Assembly (NCBI GenBank): GCA_051362555.1
Contig: CM120648.1
Coordinates: forward strand, 4,770,587 to 4,834,586
DNA from: Lingula anatina
Taxonomy: Eukaryota > Animalia > Brachiopoda
Reading direction: 5' to 3'
DNA: 64,000 bases
Positions 26,200 to 40,210 of this stretch are shown one piece after another. Within the stretch, counting starts at the first letter, position 1, and every line of letters begins with the position of its first letter. The notes below the pieces were generated by a model. It was not told the DNA's origin and did not search any database. It worked only from the letters and a program-made list of their open reading frames with translations. The translations under genes were made by a program, and so were the position numbers.

Positions 26200-26560
26200 C
26201 TTTAGTACTTAGCGCTTTACATGATGTAATGCAGACCCGCAGCCTTTTTGGCTGGGAAAAGGTCGGCTCTGGGTTATCTTTGATCTAGTTTCATGGTAGA
26301 AGATCCACTTTTTCAGAAAAAGATCACCCCCTGTGAAATTGCTGGCTACGGGCCATACCGTACTATGTGACACTGAATGCAGGGGGGGGGGTACGTGTTC
26401 TGATACTAACCTACCGATTGGGTCGGAACTAATCACGCAGTTTGCACTCCCAAGGGGCTATGGAACCTTTTTATGGAAACTTTTTAGGTCAAACTATCCT
26501 CCGTTTAATTAACAAAGCTTCGATTAACTTTGTCGCACAAATTTAAAAATAATGCACTTA

Positions 26561-26817
26561 GGCTTCGTTCACATGCAATGTCTATTTTCTAAATTCTATT
26601 TTCTATTCGCGCTATCTTATGATCACGGTCTGTGCACTGAATGTCCCGCCGCGTAATTACTGGCAGCGCGAGCCAGTTACTTATAGTAACTTATAGTAAC
26701 TGGCTCGCGCTGCCAGTAATTACGCCGCGGGATATTCAGTGCACAGACCGTGATCATAAGACATGCCGCAAATAGAAAATAGAATTTAGAAAATAGACAT
26801 TGCATGTGAACGAAGCC
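26561..26817. mobile_element. Palindromic Tourist/Harbinger-like MITE, copy 1 (in intron 1)
   Basis: Almost fully self-complementary (GGCTTCGTTCACATGCAATG...CATTGCATGTGAACGAAGCC), TTA target-site duplication on both sides, near-identical second copy at 60640. Confidence 0.92.
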
Positions 26818-29800
26818 TTAGTAATTGCCCTTTACCAGGGTTGGGAAAGGTTAGTTTTCACTAGATATTCACATCTTTTACTTTGTAAATTGCCCATCAA
26901 GATTATTTTCCAAAAAAAGAAAAATAAAATAAGGGTAAAATTCCTGTCACCCAGCTGGCTTTTGGTAGAGAGAACTCGGTGATTGGCGCCTTTCAACCCG
27001 TAACAAGTTATTTGTGGCACGTGCTGCATGTGAGCGAACTGATATTGAACGTCTCCGATCAGCTTCAAACCGTTGACGCACGCCCAAACAACAATGGACC
27101 TTCATCTCTGTTTTATTGTGTGCGTTTTTGACTATGACGCGGCTTATCTGATAATCAGTTCAACTAATTCCTTAGCGCTCTGTGGGAAATCTCACATCAA
27201 TCGTTTTCTTGTATCAGATAAAGCGTGAGAGACACTGTTACTTGGTGTTTCTTTCATTTAATTGCCAGGAAAAAAGCAACCTATACGTATAATTTCCTCT
27301 GTGGTTTGGACCAAATGTTATCTAATAAATGACTTGGTATTTCCTTGTGTCTGGTTTGTGCCTACAAGACGTGCAGAGCTATCTCACCACGCAGGACTCT
27401 TTGAATTACTACGACAAACGAATTGTCTTTTCCAGTTAAGATAAAAGGCACAAGACTCCTACCCTCTACCAAGACCACGCTGCATGTGTACAGATATATT
27501 TATCATTCCATGAGCCTATCACTTGCTGTGCACATATCTTTTCTGTCCGGCTGGGGCTTTAGAGCAATGACTATATGTACATGTATAGCATCGCTGAACA
27601 GAATTCTGGAAGAAAGTTCAAATGTCCATGCCTGTGACCCTTTTGCTTGATTTTTTACATGGATCATGTTTATTGAAATATATGGAATGCAACTGCCTGT
27701 ATCCCGTTAGCTTTGTAACTATTTGGGAACTGGTTCTTGTAGCTTCTTTTCAATGCAATTTCAGTCATATACCTATATGACCTGGGGACATTATGCCTTT
27801 GTGGCCCTTCTGGCCCATTTTGGCGCACTAGTTTTCTTGTCGCACTGTCGTGTAAGTACTATTTGATATCTTGAGCAGCCCCGAGAAGAACTACCAATGG
27901 TAGCTAATGCAATTTTTAACAAATGAGATCGAATATGTTTCTGATGTTGCAGTTTATGTGAATTGGGTCGCCTTGTTTCAGTTCCTTTTGTTCTCTATTT
28001 TCATAATCATTATCATTTTATTACATGTTAAGAGGAGTTTGTAAATGGGAAAAAGTTAATATCATAAAAGAAAGATTGAGGTCCCACTGTTCACTTAGGA
28101 CCCGGATGTGCTTACATCTATCAATTGTTTGTGTCCTTACTTCAAAATGTTTGCAATTAATTAAGATTGACCAGTAAGAAATTTCGGCGAAGGGAAACAT
28201 TATCTAACATTATCCAAGCAATATATAAATTTTGCATCAGAGAAAGAGTGCTACACGGCAATTTTGATTAACCTGTCAACGTAATGAAAAGCACTGAAGT
28301 TGCTTGTTTAAGATTAACATTGTTTCGGTAGATGACGGTTTCTTCGTAGTTGAATGTACCCTCAGTACCTAACATCTTCTTGTAATCCGACTCTGGAATT
28401 ATTTGCAAAAAAAAAAAAAAAAAAAAAAAAAAACACGTAGAATCTCTGTGAGGGTTTGTAGTCATAGATAATCCGATACTGGTAAATGCCAGAACTATAG
28501 CATGACAGATATTACCAATTAGAATACATTGTACTTACGATCGCGTGTAATCAATTCTTTAGAACAGATGTGTGCAATCAATGCTAAGACCAAGGGAAAA
28601 AACGGCTGTAATTGGATTATCATGTTTTAGTCTGTAGAATATAGACAGGAGCATATAATTATAAATATACAAATAGCTGAAATAGGTAACATGGCTGACT
28701 GCATTCATGCCCTAATAAGAAGGGTTTAATAATGTAATTGGCAGACAGCAAAAAAAAAAAAAAAAAAAAACATGTGGCATTACCAGTTGCTCACTAAAAC
28801 TTTTTTTGTATTTTCGTCTGCCTTATTTCATCGAAAGTGTACCCTGTATTACAAAGAACTTACATGTGGTGAACACGTGCTGCCACATTCCTACAGTACA
28901 TGTAGCAAAGTAAACATTAATGTTGTATTTTGAAAGTCAGGGGGTCTTGGATTCATTCCTGAATTCGATTTCTTGTTTCATTTTTTATGCCTCAATCACT
29001 GAGCGTCTTTGTTACAATTGGTTTTCATTTCTCATTTAAGCAAAGCAAATCATATCCTTTTATTTGATATTAAAGCTATCAGTTACGGTCAATATTGCTT
29101 ACAAAAGATTCCATACCGAGTTGAGATCTCATATCATATATTCTTTATCTCCACTGAATACTCACATTAACAATATCTATTAACGCCTCCCTCATGACTT
29201 TTTCACACCGAATTACGAGTTTGTTGGAACAAAAGATGTTTAGAAGATTCTTGCATAGTCTATTTCCAGTTCCATCAATTTGGATTTTCCTTTTCAGGCG
29301 GTCGTGGCATGCAAAGTCGCTCAGGATATGGTATATTTGCCATGTTCCTTAAATCAACTCATTAATAAGGCGGCTTTGAGATGACAGTTTATTATCGCAA
29401 AAAGATTAGTGATGAGGAAATTTGTTTTTAAAAAGGAGACGGAAGTCGGTTGGACACGAACCAAAGCTCGGGTAATTGTGTTTAGTTAACGTTGACATTT
29501 TTCGTCCGTAACTTTATGACGTTTTGTCATTTATGAAATGTTATTTAACTACCGTTGGATCCCTGCGGTATGCAGTAAATTTCTGAATCCCCCGCTGTCC
29601 GCAAGCTTGTGTATAACTTTATTGATTGTTACATATGTTAGATCATTTACAACAACAAAAGGAATAATACATTGAACTGTATTTGATAAACACAATCCAT
29701 TATAAATTATATAGCTCCATAATATTGATAAAAACAAGTTATTATCTAAATTAATGTTACAATGGACTATATTACTAACTTTCCAAATAATTTTGCATCG

Positions 29801-30425
29801 TACTCAAATATCCGAAGAGTTTGGGCTCTGTAAATATTGCCACAAATAAACAACCCCGCGGACAAGGAAATGTGGTGTTACAAAATGAGACCTAGAACCA
29901 AGAATTTCATTTCTTTTTCTCATTTTCCGTTTGCGCACGGCCTATCAATCTTGTACAACAAGAACATAATATGGCATAAGTCAAATGTTATATACACATT
30001 ACACAACAGAAAAGCAAAAGCACTTAACCTAATTTTTAAATCACATAAGGCAAGCATTGCCAATTTCGTTTCCAATAAAAGTGGCCATTACGTTTGTAAA
30101 GCAGGTGATAATTCGTTCACTGCCCAATAACTGGCTTACACTGCCTTTCACGTATGTTCAATGATTTCCCTATATTCCTATATTCCCCTTGTTATTGCCA
30201 TTAATGTAATATGCCACTTCTCTTATGTTCATAAAATGGAAGAGTAATAAGGATGTTAGTCTATAGAATTTAATGCCAAAATGGAAACGGATGTTCTTTA
30301 GACAATGCGTAAAAAGGCAATTTACATGTAGCATGTCTTTCAAGTGGTTTCATTACCAGGGGAAATTTCGGTGTTAAGTTTTCATTTGAGGACGAAAACA
30401 GGCTTAGACCCATTCCCACAGACAG

Positions 30426-30657
30426 CATCAATCTACGTAAATCTATATATCCACCTTTGCAGGGATTTTGGCTGATTGCAATCGGCTCAACTGAATGGCA
30501 CGCTTCCTTTTGTTTATAATCAATAGCTTTTCTCTTTGTATAATCACCAGTTTTTCTGTATTCTACTCAACGCCCAGGAGGAGGCGTGCCATTCAGTCAA
30601 GCAGACTGCACTCAGCGAGAGTCCCCGCAGAGCTGAATCGATCTAAGTAGACCGATG
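30426..30657. mobile_element. Decayed fold-back element (old MITE) with ~80-bp imperfect inverted arms
   Basis: Left ...ggctgattgcaatcggctcaactgaatggcacgcttcc pairs with right ggaggcgtgccattcagtcaagcagactgcactcagc...; no clear TSD. Confidence 0.55.
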
Positions 30658-30825
30658 GTTTTTATATGAATGGGCCCTTACAAGTGGCCAGGCATAGTCT
30701 TAAAACAGCTGCAACGTACGCACGTCTCAAGAAAAGTGAATGAAAATATTTTAATTTTATTTGAATATTATACAAAAGTACATGTACATGTAGGGAGCAC
30801 GGAGAAGACGAGCCCACCAGCGAAG

Positions 30826-30860
<35 letters not shown>

Positions 30861-33800
30861 ACCGTTACAATATCCTGGTTCACCAGTGCAAGTAATAGCC
30901 TTTTATCGTGCAATATTCGATGCCAAAGGATCACATCCCTTGGGACACGACTTCCAGCATGACCGTGAACATTCCAGCCGCCGTGTGAACCTAAAATAGT
31001 TTAACTTGCCACTACTTGCCACCTTTTTTCATGGAGCACAAACGTTAATAAAAGCTCGATTCCCTGAAGTAATAAAGGCACATTATTGACCTGTGTTTTC
31101 GAAATAATCATACAAATGAACCCAACAATGCAGCAGTTAATCATTTGTCAGTGTTCAATGGGATTTAACTGCTTAACGTGAAAGATGACAGAGTGGTTTA
31201 AGTGAAAGTTCAAAACAAGGAAACTTAAAACTTCTTCTGAAATGGACTTAATTTGAACTGGTGACAGTCTCACTGACGTCTGCAGAAGACCAGATTGCAT
31301 GGTATTAGATAAGCCTATGGAAATGAAAGCCTACTGTATATTTGAGATATTTGGTATTTAGTAATTTCGTTTTTGACATTTTGCGGGGCTGAAGGGGCCA
31401 AGATTGTAAGCTTTTGTTTAAACCGGGTTAGATTTGGTTTATTAGTGAGTCCACGAGTTAACCACATGATATAAAGGGATACAGTATACTCAATATTGAC
31501 CATCATTCATAATAAAAAAAGTTGGTAAAATAAAATATATTCACAAGTTGAATGGAAAGCCATGACGACATTAACAGGGAAGAATTAAATTTTTCACTTC
31601 AACTACATCTCGCTGCGTTGATTGCAATAACCTGTTGTTGATACACATCCATCATTCATGTTCAGCGTTCTGTAGATTTTTATCTCATCGATACATAAGA
31701 TAAATTGGTGTGGCAACATTTTTATTGTTGTGACTTCTATTATAGATATCAATAGTAACGAAGTATGCTTAGAAGATAAATAACCTACACATTCCGAGTT
31801 AGATGTTTTATCGTAATTTCGAATAGTATAAACGTTCGAATAGTATAAATATGCATTTTGGTCTTTTTAGTAAGTATAAATTTGCATTAATAGCATTCAC
31901 AGACAACAGTAGTGTACATCTAATGGCCGACATCTGCCAAAAATTCTCCCAGGGGTAAATATCAAGTCATCAAAAAAAACCATTCTAGAATACATGTATG
32001 AAAATCATTGAAACGCACGTTTTGTGTGCCCATTTCGTTAACACCCATTAATTTGTGCCTGCTTAAAATCATAAAATTAATCAACATTAGTGTTCTGTAT
32101 GTTGAATCCAAGGCCATTAGGTAATAGAAGCATGCTGCAAATAGCATGCCCATGGCTGGTTCTGAATATATGCCAATATTCGACATTAAGGAAAGTCTCT
32201 AGGCATCTTTGCCATCCATCATACGCTATTGCCTCCGGGGAGAGTAAGGCTAGGGACACAGTAATCGCGAGACTCGTTGCTGCTACTACCCCCCAAAAAA
32301 CCCTTAATGTAGATATATGCTACAAAATGTAATTATACCAGAAAACTCGAAAAAGACATTTCAATGACGGTGGCGGCGGTTAGAATCTGAACACCCTACC
32401 CTCACGTCATTTCGTGATTTCCAAGGGCATTATCACCAATGCTGAAAATCGGTTTTTATTTTTTGCTCATGACGACCAGGAAACATTGCATGAAGCCATA
32501 AAAGATTCCATCTGAAGGTTTCAGTCCAATTTGGTCTGGTTTGAACCAGCCACTTCAGCTAAAAATGTGGTAATCGGTTATATCTAAGCTTTCGCCAATT
32601 TTGAACCGATTACAAACTCAAATGTACTTGTAGCAAAGGCCACTTTTCAGAACTGAGTGGTGACCTAATTGGCATATGCCGAATTTCAAGGAACAATGAG
32701 CTTCTCATAGTGGCCAACGGAACTGTTATCACTGTCTTTAAGTTAGTCTTTCAAAATCCATTTACGGCGGTTCCCAAGAGTAAAGCCCTTTCCTTGCACC
32801 AGAGGTGCGGTGCCAGAGGCGCTTCTCTAAAATCTAATTAGCCATCTTAAAAGAGTTTCTAATGACATTATAGTAGAAAGTCAATGGTAAAACAACAGTT
32901 CTCTGCAATACAAATGTGATGCACGTGTTTTTTTTTTTTTTTTTTTTGGGGGGGGGGTACATTTTTAAGGAAATAAAGTCAAAGTCTTATAAACGCTGTT
33001 AATTGTTATTTTGAATTCTCCCTATGATATTTGAATATGGATAAACGGGATTCCTTGAAAATATGGCCATCACTTGTCAAAATGGAAAACAGTGTACAAA
33101 TTAAATGTTACTGATACTTGTATAGCCTGAGTCATTATTGACAAGCGTACGCGTAGACATTGAAGCAGTGGATAATGTACGAAAACACTGTATTCGTGTT
33201 CTAAAACAACAGAAAATTATTTTAATACCAAGAGGTTCTATATTAGTGGGAAGGAAAACAGACAATTATCAATGAATACGAAATCAGTCGAATACCTATC
33301 TCAAACAAATGCCACCATGCCGCCGATCCCGTTTTTTCAATTCCCAAGCTTTGATAAATGCCAAATTGACAATTATGTTCAAAGATAAGTCTGAGCACGT
33401 TCTGATGTAACGGCACCGTGGCGTGATTCCAAAGACAGACTGCGAATTACAAGTAATGATTATATACTTAAACAGTCAACAAGTGCGTGCCTTTCTATCT
33501 AGAAGGTACTTACATTAATGCATTGATCCCTTTATGGGTTTACAATTAACGATGGCAATTGTCTTGTTTTGAACGCGTGATATTAACCAAAGGGAAGACA
33601 TAAATTTTTAGTGGAGTAGTTGTGTTTACACGAGAACTATCCGTTTTGTACTCAGAAAAATGACCTAAAAAGCGTTTTAAACTCATACTCACAAATTGTT
33701 TGATACATTATGTGTGGTTACCGCAGTCAAACATAGTCCTTTTGTTTTTATATTTCTGGTTTGTTGTTTTCTTCTTTCTCTCTTTTCATTTCTTACTTCT

Positions 33801-34842
33801 CTTAAGATATGAACTGTTATGAATGCCGAGTATCAGTGAGAGGCGTGATGGACCCGAAATACGTAATAAAACATATATATATCGGTTAATATTCTCAAAA
33901 TCTAATTTCCTTTCCTTTAGTTGTGTGGTGTTTATGAAATAACCAGACCACGTTTCTCATTTCGAACATTTGTATGTTATCAAATCATCACAGCAACGTG
34001 TCTTATTTTTCTGTAAATCATTTTGATATCGCCAGCCTCCGCATCTTTTTTCATCAGAGTTTTTTCATCAACAATTAATAAGATTTGCCAGGGTACCACG
34101 CTCCTGACACTCCCACACGGCCTTTACCGTGAGCTGTTCAAGACACTTCATTAGCGGAGCTTTGTAACTTCATTAATTCACGGCTCACATTTTCTCGTTC
34201 AAGTGATTACCTAAAATCATTTCTTTTCATTTCCCCTCAAAGGGCACGCAGCTCCCAATAAAGACAACTGAGTTGATCTGTCCAACTCAATCACGTTGTT
34301 GTGAGCGACAGGAAGACAGGACAAAGTTGAATGAAAGTTGGACCTTTGTGTTTTTTTTTTTGTTTGTTTTTGTTTTTGTTTTTGTTTTTTGTTTTTTTTT
34401 TTTTTGAAAATTAATACGGCTTGAAGACGGCCAAATGACGGCTAGGACATCGTATTCTTAAGAAGCTGTCTGTTAATTTCTTGATGCAATTGTTATCCAC
34501 TTGTGATATTTCTGTCAATATTCGGTGTTTGTCTTCAATTACCAGAGTTGAATGCAGTGACATGGCGGATCCAGCAGAGGGGAGGGGGGCGAGGATGAAA
34601 TAATTTTGCCGCCAAAAACGATGTAAATACTCACAAGTAGTTTGCAACCGACGTGCTTGTCACAGGCGAGCCCTGTCTCCACTGAAAAATAGCGTATTTT
34701 TCACCAAGCAATATTTATCACATAACATAGCAAAAGCGTGTATCTTACGCTTATTATTACACTTGTTTTGAAGGGGAATAAATACATGTATGAAACAGCA
34801 CAGTAAACGCTCACATATTAACTGTATGCAGTGTATGTAGGA

Positions 34843-34949
34843 CACAGAAAACACATAACGTTATTATAACGTTACCATAACGTTAATTTTACCAAAAAAC
34901 GTTATCACCACGTTATGGTAACGTTATAAAACGTTCTGTGTTTGCTGGG
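34843..34949. mobile_element. Short AACGTT-repeat fold-back remnant ending TGTTTGCTGGG (MITE-like)
   Basis: Repeated AACGTT palindromes arranged symmetrically (ataacgttaccataacg / cgttatggtaacgttat). The right end reads CCCAGCAAACAC on the minus strand; the left end is degenerate. Confidence 0.5.
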
Positions 34950-37900
34950 CTGTTATTTTTGAGGGAGAACGTAGGATAGGAGAGCACGTACCCGCTATGC
35001 CTGCTGTGACTGTCCTTGGATCTGTAAATGCAGACCCCACTTGCTCTATACTTGCTCTGTACATGTCCCAGAGGTCATCTGGGTGATGACGTCATTCTTA
35101 TTCAAAATTACTCGCTCACATTACAGAAAGATGCAGAGAAATATCTGTGAATATCTAGTGAAAATAATATCGCTGTGGCCCCTGGTAGAGGATAGCCTTA
35201 TGCAGGGTTTTACAACATGATGAGGGCACGAAAACAATTTTGCTTTCTTCAATCTGACATTTAATTTTGACTGTTGATTTTCTGATCGATAATAATTGAA
35301 ATATGCACGAGATATCGCGCAGAAATATAATCACAGCGCAGATTCCTATGAGCTTTCTGTCAATCTCTTTTAAGTGGCGTTTCCAGTCCACGGCTGACCG
35401 CTTAATATTAGAACGTTTTAGCGCAACTTAAAGTATGTGTGATAACGTTGTTCGTAGGAAGTCAGTTTTATGACATCGGATTGTGGGTATTAGATGTACT
35501 CATATGGTAAGAAATCGTGGTCTGTCTGCCGGCGTTAGGAAACTGAGAGTCTGTGAAACAGAAAGTCCGCCCTCCATTTAGTAACAATGGTTAGGGTTAG
35601 CTTAACATAAATCAAAATCTAGGGCAAGGCTTACCTGTACAAAGGAATGGGAAGCGGACTCTCTTTTTGGGGCATTCTCTGTAACGTTACATGGGAATAG
35701 TAGGTGCTAGATTCTGTTGTCAAAAATTATTCGCATTAAGTAATGGACTCTAAGAATTGAATCAGCCCAGGAGAGTTTACATTTTTAAGTCTCTCTTACA
35801 ACGTAGACTGCACTGGAATCTGGGTCCTTTCATTCTGTACGCCATTAGTCGTATAAACTGACCAGCGGTCGGCGTATACTGGTGACCAATTCCCAACATA
35901 TACTTATGGTGGATTGCTGCTTGGCTTGCTATCATCTGATCATCGCATTCGTCGGAGAACGTTAGCAACTGAACGCGTGAAAAGTGCACTCCTCTTACCT
36001 GACGAGGTTATGAATTTATTGGCGTGACCGAAGGCAACCAACACAAGGGAACAAAACACTATGAATTATTAAAGTACATTGCCACTTTTCAGCAAAGAAT
36101 CCGCCAGGATGAGACATGTTTATATTTGTGATTTTTGACACGGTTCGATTATTTGCGTGCGATAAATACAATAAATAACGCAGTGACACGCTATCGGTCA
36201 ATATTGACATCGTTCCCTAGACTTTGGTATGGCGACCCTTGACCAAACAAGATTGCTCTGCCCGCCAGGTAACTGGACTGTAGGCTGAGGCAGTGCTTGG
36301 GGAGGAGGGGGGCACTTGGCTGCAAGCCTACAATGCATGTAAGCAGGTTATTTGTACCGCCTGTGGCACCCAGCAAGACGCTGAAGGAAAAATGAGCGTC
36401 TTCTTATGGACTAGGGGAAAGCAAAACTTTAAAAAGATAACAAAAATATTTTCAATAAGAATAGTATCTGGGGAGGAAGCGAACAGCCTTGTCTGCCAAA
36501 CCCGGAAATAGCTTTCACGATTTTCGTCAAAGTTTTAATACTTTGAAAGAAATATGTGAAAGTTATTTGAAAAACCTGAATCGCGCTTTACAACTTAATA
36601 CCTTTTAGAATTTGCCGTTAAGTGCATGTTTACACCACTGCTCTAATTTTTTACGTCAAGGTCTGGCAGGTTATATTGTGGGTCATGTTTTATTCAGTAG
36701 ACCATAAATGTTACCTTACTAGGTTATGAACTGCTTGCTTTGTGATCCAATAATCGCTGAAAACATTCAATCACTCCCAGGCATCACGCTTCTCGTTCAT
36801 ATCTTCTGGTGCTTTCACAACGATCTAAACAAATTGATGAGACCCTTTCATCAAGGAAACATCAATATGGGGATAAAGAGCTCCTTGTCAACAGAAAGAT
36901 GTGCAATTTATGCCACTTGTGGTGGATATAAATCCTTTTCAGTGCTGCCTCGGGCGCGCTTTGATGATAAATGTGAGTTCAAACGGCGCAAAGAGGGTGT
37001 CTGCATTGATGAGACGCAATTTCAGTTTTCGAAACCGGTTTCTTTGCAATAGAAGGCATAAAGAGCTGATATTTTGACAACACAAAGATGAGTTAACAGG
37101 TTTCAGTGCTACTTTTAGCAACTTTCAGAATGATGAAATGATTTATCGAATCCCCATTAATGCCCTTTATCTGACAGTTACGTCAGAGTAATTGTTCGGT
37201 CTCAAGAATAATTCGCGATTAAGCTGTGCAGAAGATGGCGTAACGTCTTGACTCTGATATCCAATTTCCTTTTGAATTTTTCTAAGAACCAACCAAAATG
37301 TTGTCCAGTAATGTTCAAGTACAGAACGAGTTTGCACCCTGGATAATTATGACTTTAACCGACACCGGTCAAACAAAACAAACCTAATACAAATCACAAC
37401 ATTTAAGATAACGCTAACGTTCCTGACAGTGTTATCAACACATACATATATAGTTTTAGCATTGGTTCATGTGGAATCAGACTGACAAAAATTAGTATCA
37501 AGCTAAGCATTTCTCTGTCAGTAAGTCGTACATGAATCAATGTAGTATCAGACGACATAAACTCTAAACCTCGTTGTTCTTGGTTTCCCCAGTCTAAGTA
37601 CTTATCTGTAGGATGGAAGTGGCATATATCGACCGAAAGATAACGACAGATTAAGGGAATAGCGATAGACGGATTTCTTCGCCAATCAAAACGACCTTGG
37701 AGCAACGTTAGATTATTTTGGATTAAATGAAATCCACTTTGTTCCTGGCACGTAATAGATTCTGGATATTCATTTGTACTGCTCACTGCATGCTTGTGTG
37801 TTACTGTGATGTTTTCCAAGTAAATCGGCTGAATTTTTGTCACAATAATAAGTTGACTTTTGATGCTGGTGTGCAAATTATTGTTTTATGATCAGCTTCT

Positions 37901-39618
37901 TCAAATAATTGCTATCGAACTGACATGCAGAGGTCTAAATTTGCAAGAAAAGGTACTTGTAAGTTGAGTTCACTGTTAACCCTGACATTTTATCTCTTGT
38001 ACACATAGTACGCTTAAAAATAATATGTGAACCGGGTAACTACGTATTTTGGTCTTCTTCCCAAATGTGCCCATGAAATATACATGTAGCATAGGTGCTG
38101 AGCGTACTTTTGCCCCAATTCCGCGTATTTAAGTGTGCGCCAATGAACTCAAAGCACTTCAGACTTGGGAGTTCAACATGTACACCATCTGAGGAGATTT
38201 CGGTGGGCTAGATGACCAAGATCGATCTCATTCGACCAAAATGTGTATTTTTGGTAAAGAGTTAGGATATGTTATATTGACATTGGGCAGGAAGAGATAG
38301 AAATTAAAAAAAAAACAAAAACAAAAAAAAGAAGGCAGGATTTAAAACCTCTGCCTTCTTGAATTTAAATACAACCGTTATCTTATCCCAGTCTCCCTGT
38401 TGTTAGATTTAATTTAACGGGAAGAAATAGTAAAACGTTATTGATTTAGATTTATTATTATATAAGGTATGGTTTTGAATTGAGGATGATGCATGAATTT
38501 CTTTATTGCTGTCGAAGTTACTGATGGTAATTCAATAATTCCATCTTTGTAACACAACACAAGCTGCGCGATCTTAAATTCTACGGAGATTTGAAGCGAT
38601 TTGAGGTAATTTATTGTCGCACTCCTTCATTTCCTGCAATTGCGTACAGCTAGTACATGTACAAGATAGCGCTTTAATTGCAGTGTAGTAAAGAACGGAA
38701 CAGCTTTCACTGGGACATCTTGGAAATTTAATTGATTTCGCCTTGTTGTTATCAAGAAAAGATTCTGCGAAATATCTGTAAGGCTATCAGCTTGATGGAC
38801 GGCTCATGCCTCATCACACTGCCCGTGTATTATCTGATAACAAGGAAATATGACTTAATTTACTGCATCGATGCGGGAAGGACATTGTCAAAACACTACC
38901 ATCCGTCTTTTCTTGTGCAAGGCATGCTAAATCATATTCATAATCTAATGCGATTTTTCCACAAGGGAAAGAACTTTTTCACCAGAAATTATTGCTTAAT
39001 TACTGTGTCGATACACTGACGACGGTCAATTTTTTAATTCTGTATGTATATTCCAAGACGCTAGGCATACTAAAGTATATTCCATTATTCTTCAAAACAA
39101 ATATTCAGCGATGGAAGAAATGGGAGGGAAATTAATACAAAAATTGCCTAATTACGGCGATGGTATAAATAGTCCGCTGTCTCTTTGTTAATATGAGCTA
39201 ATTCTAGTCCAATGCATACAAAATTATATAAATATTTTGTAATTTAAGACCAATTTTCCCAAAAGTGTGTCTAAATAGTCCACTGGTTCGTAGTTCGGAT
39301 ACCCTTTATATGCTTTTTAGGGGCATTTTGTTATATCTTTACTATGTGCTATGTTTTCCTGCACTGTTTTCAAACGGTTTGGATATATTTAAACATAACA
39401 GTTCCTTTGCGTGCTGATTGAGATATGCCTTTTAATGGACGCGTGTGTCAGTTTTAATACAGTTCACCTTATATTGAAAGCATTTTTATTTTCATTATTA
39501 TTTCAGGCTAAGAGGGTGAAAGATTCTAAGTTATAAGTGCAATCCCATGAAGTGTCTCTTTGAATGTCTAAATAAAATTCATTTCAACAAAATTAAAATG
39601 AAGACACCAATCTCTCAC

Positions 39619-39699
39619 CTTTTCATTGGCAGTGCTCTCTTGACAGGCGACAGTGACCGCCATTAGAAGCAGGACCATTCCCGCTTGATGTAGTTTCAT
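39619..39699 (-). CDS. Exon 1 of secreted multi-copy peptide precursor: signal peptide MKLHQAGMVLLLMAVTVACQESTA-NEK
   Basis: ATG at 39699-39697 has A at -3 (acaagATG) and an in-frame TAG 13 codons upstream. Basic n-region, hydrophobic core VLLLMAVTVA, small residues S-T-A before the likely cleavage site. Ends at canonical donor AAG|GTGAGA in phase 0, matching the phase-0 acceptor at 15241. The link across 24 kb is inferred. Confidence 0.8.
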
Positions 39700-40210
39700 C
39701 TTGTAGTCGATCGTTGTCGCAGTTTTCGATGAAGTCTATTTTTCGACTCTCACTTCGGTACAATATTAAGTCGAGAATTCGGTTTGTCTTGTTGTTGCTT
39801 CAAATCTGAATTCAGTACCGTTTCTGTTTGCAATGGTCTTTCTTTGTTTCGTCGGCGTTTTTCTATAGAATGGCGGCAGTGGTTTTCCTTTGCCTTCGAT
39901 GCCTTCTCGAGTACGCCTCGTCAATGGAATTGTCTTTCTTGTTCACTCGCTGTTTACAATTGACTAAATGAATTCACACATTTCAGTCGCGATTATTATT
40001 TCCAGCAGATTATGCGGCTCAACCAGAGAGAGAAAGAGAGGGAGATATACTCGGGAGGCTCGAAAGGGTGGATACCAAAAACCAGAAGAAACGAAAAGGA
40101 CGACACAGCATTTTGAGAGCTCGTAAGGGATAAACCCATTATATGATTAGGATACTATACACACGGGTGTTTCTTTGACGGTGCTCTAAAGTACCGATTG
40201 GTCGGAACAG
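39700..40210 (-). promoter_or_regulatory. Putative 5'UTR and proximal promoter of the precursor gene
   Basis: Immediately upstream of the signal-peptide ATG. Inr-like TTAGTC on the minus strand near 39962-39967 and a minus-strand CCAAT near 40197-40201. TSS is not determinable from sequence. Confidence 0.35.

Larger units (their letters stand above)
15242..39618 (-). other. Intron 1 (24,377 bp, phase 0) of the precursor gene
   Basis: GTGAGA donor at 39618 and tttacAG acceptor at 15242. No convincing coding exon seen in between, although small exons cannot be excluded. Confidence 0.72.

Noticed and set aside
37403-37876. 157-aa minus-strand ORF within intron 1 as an extra exon
   Set aside because: Non-ATG start, no recognisable domain or peptide motif, composition typical of random AT-rich DNA.
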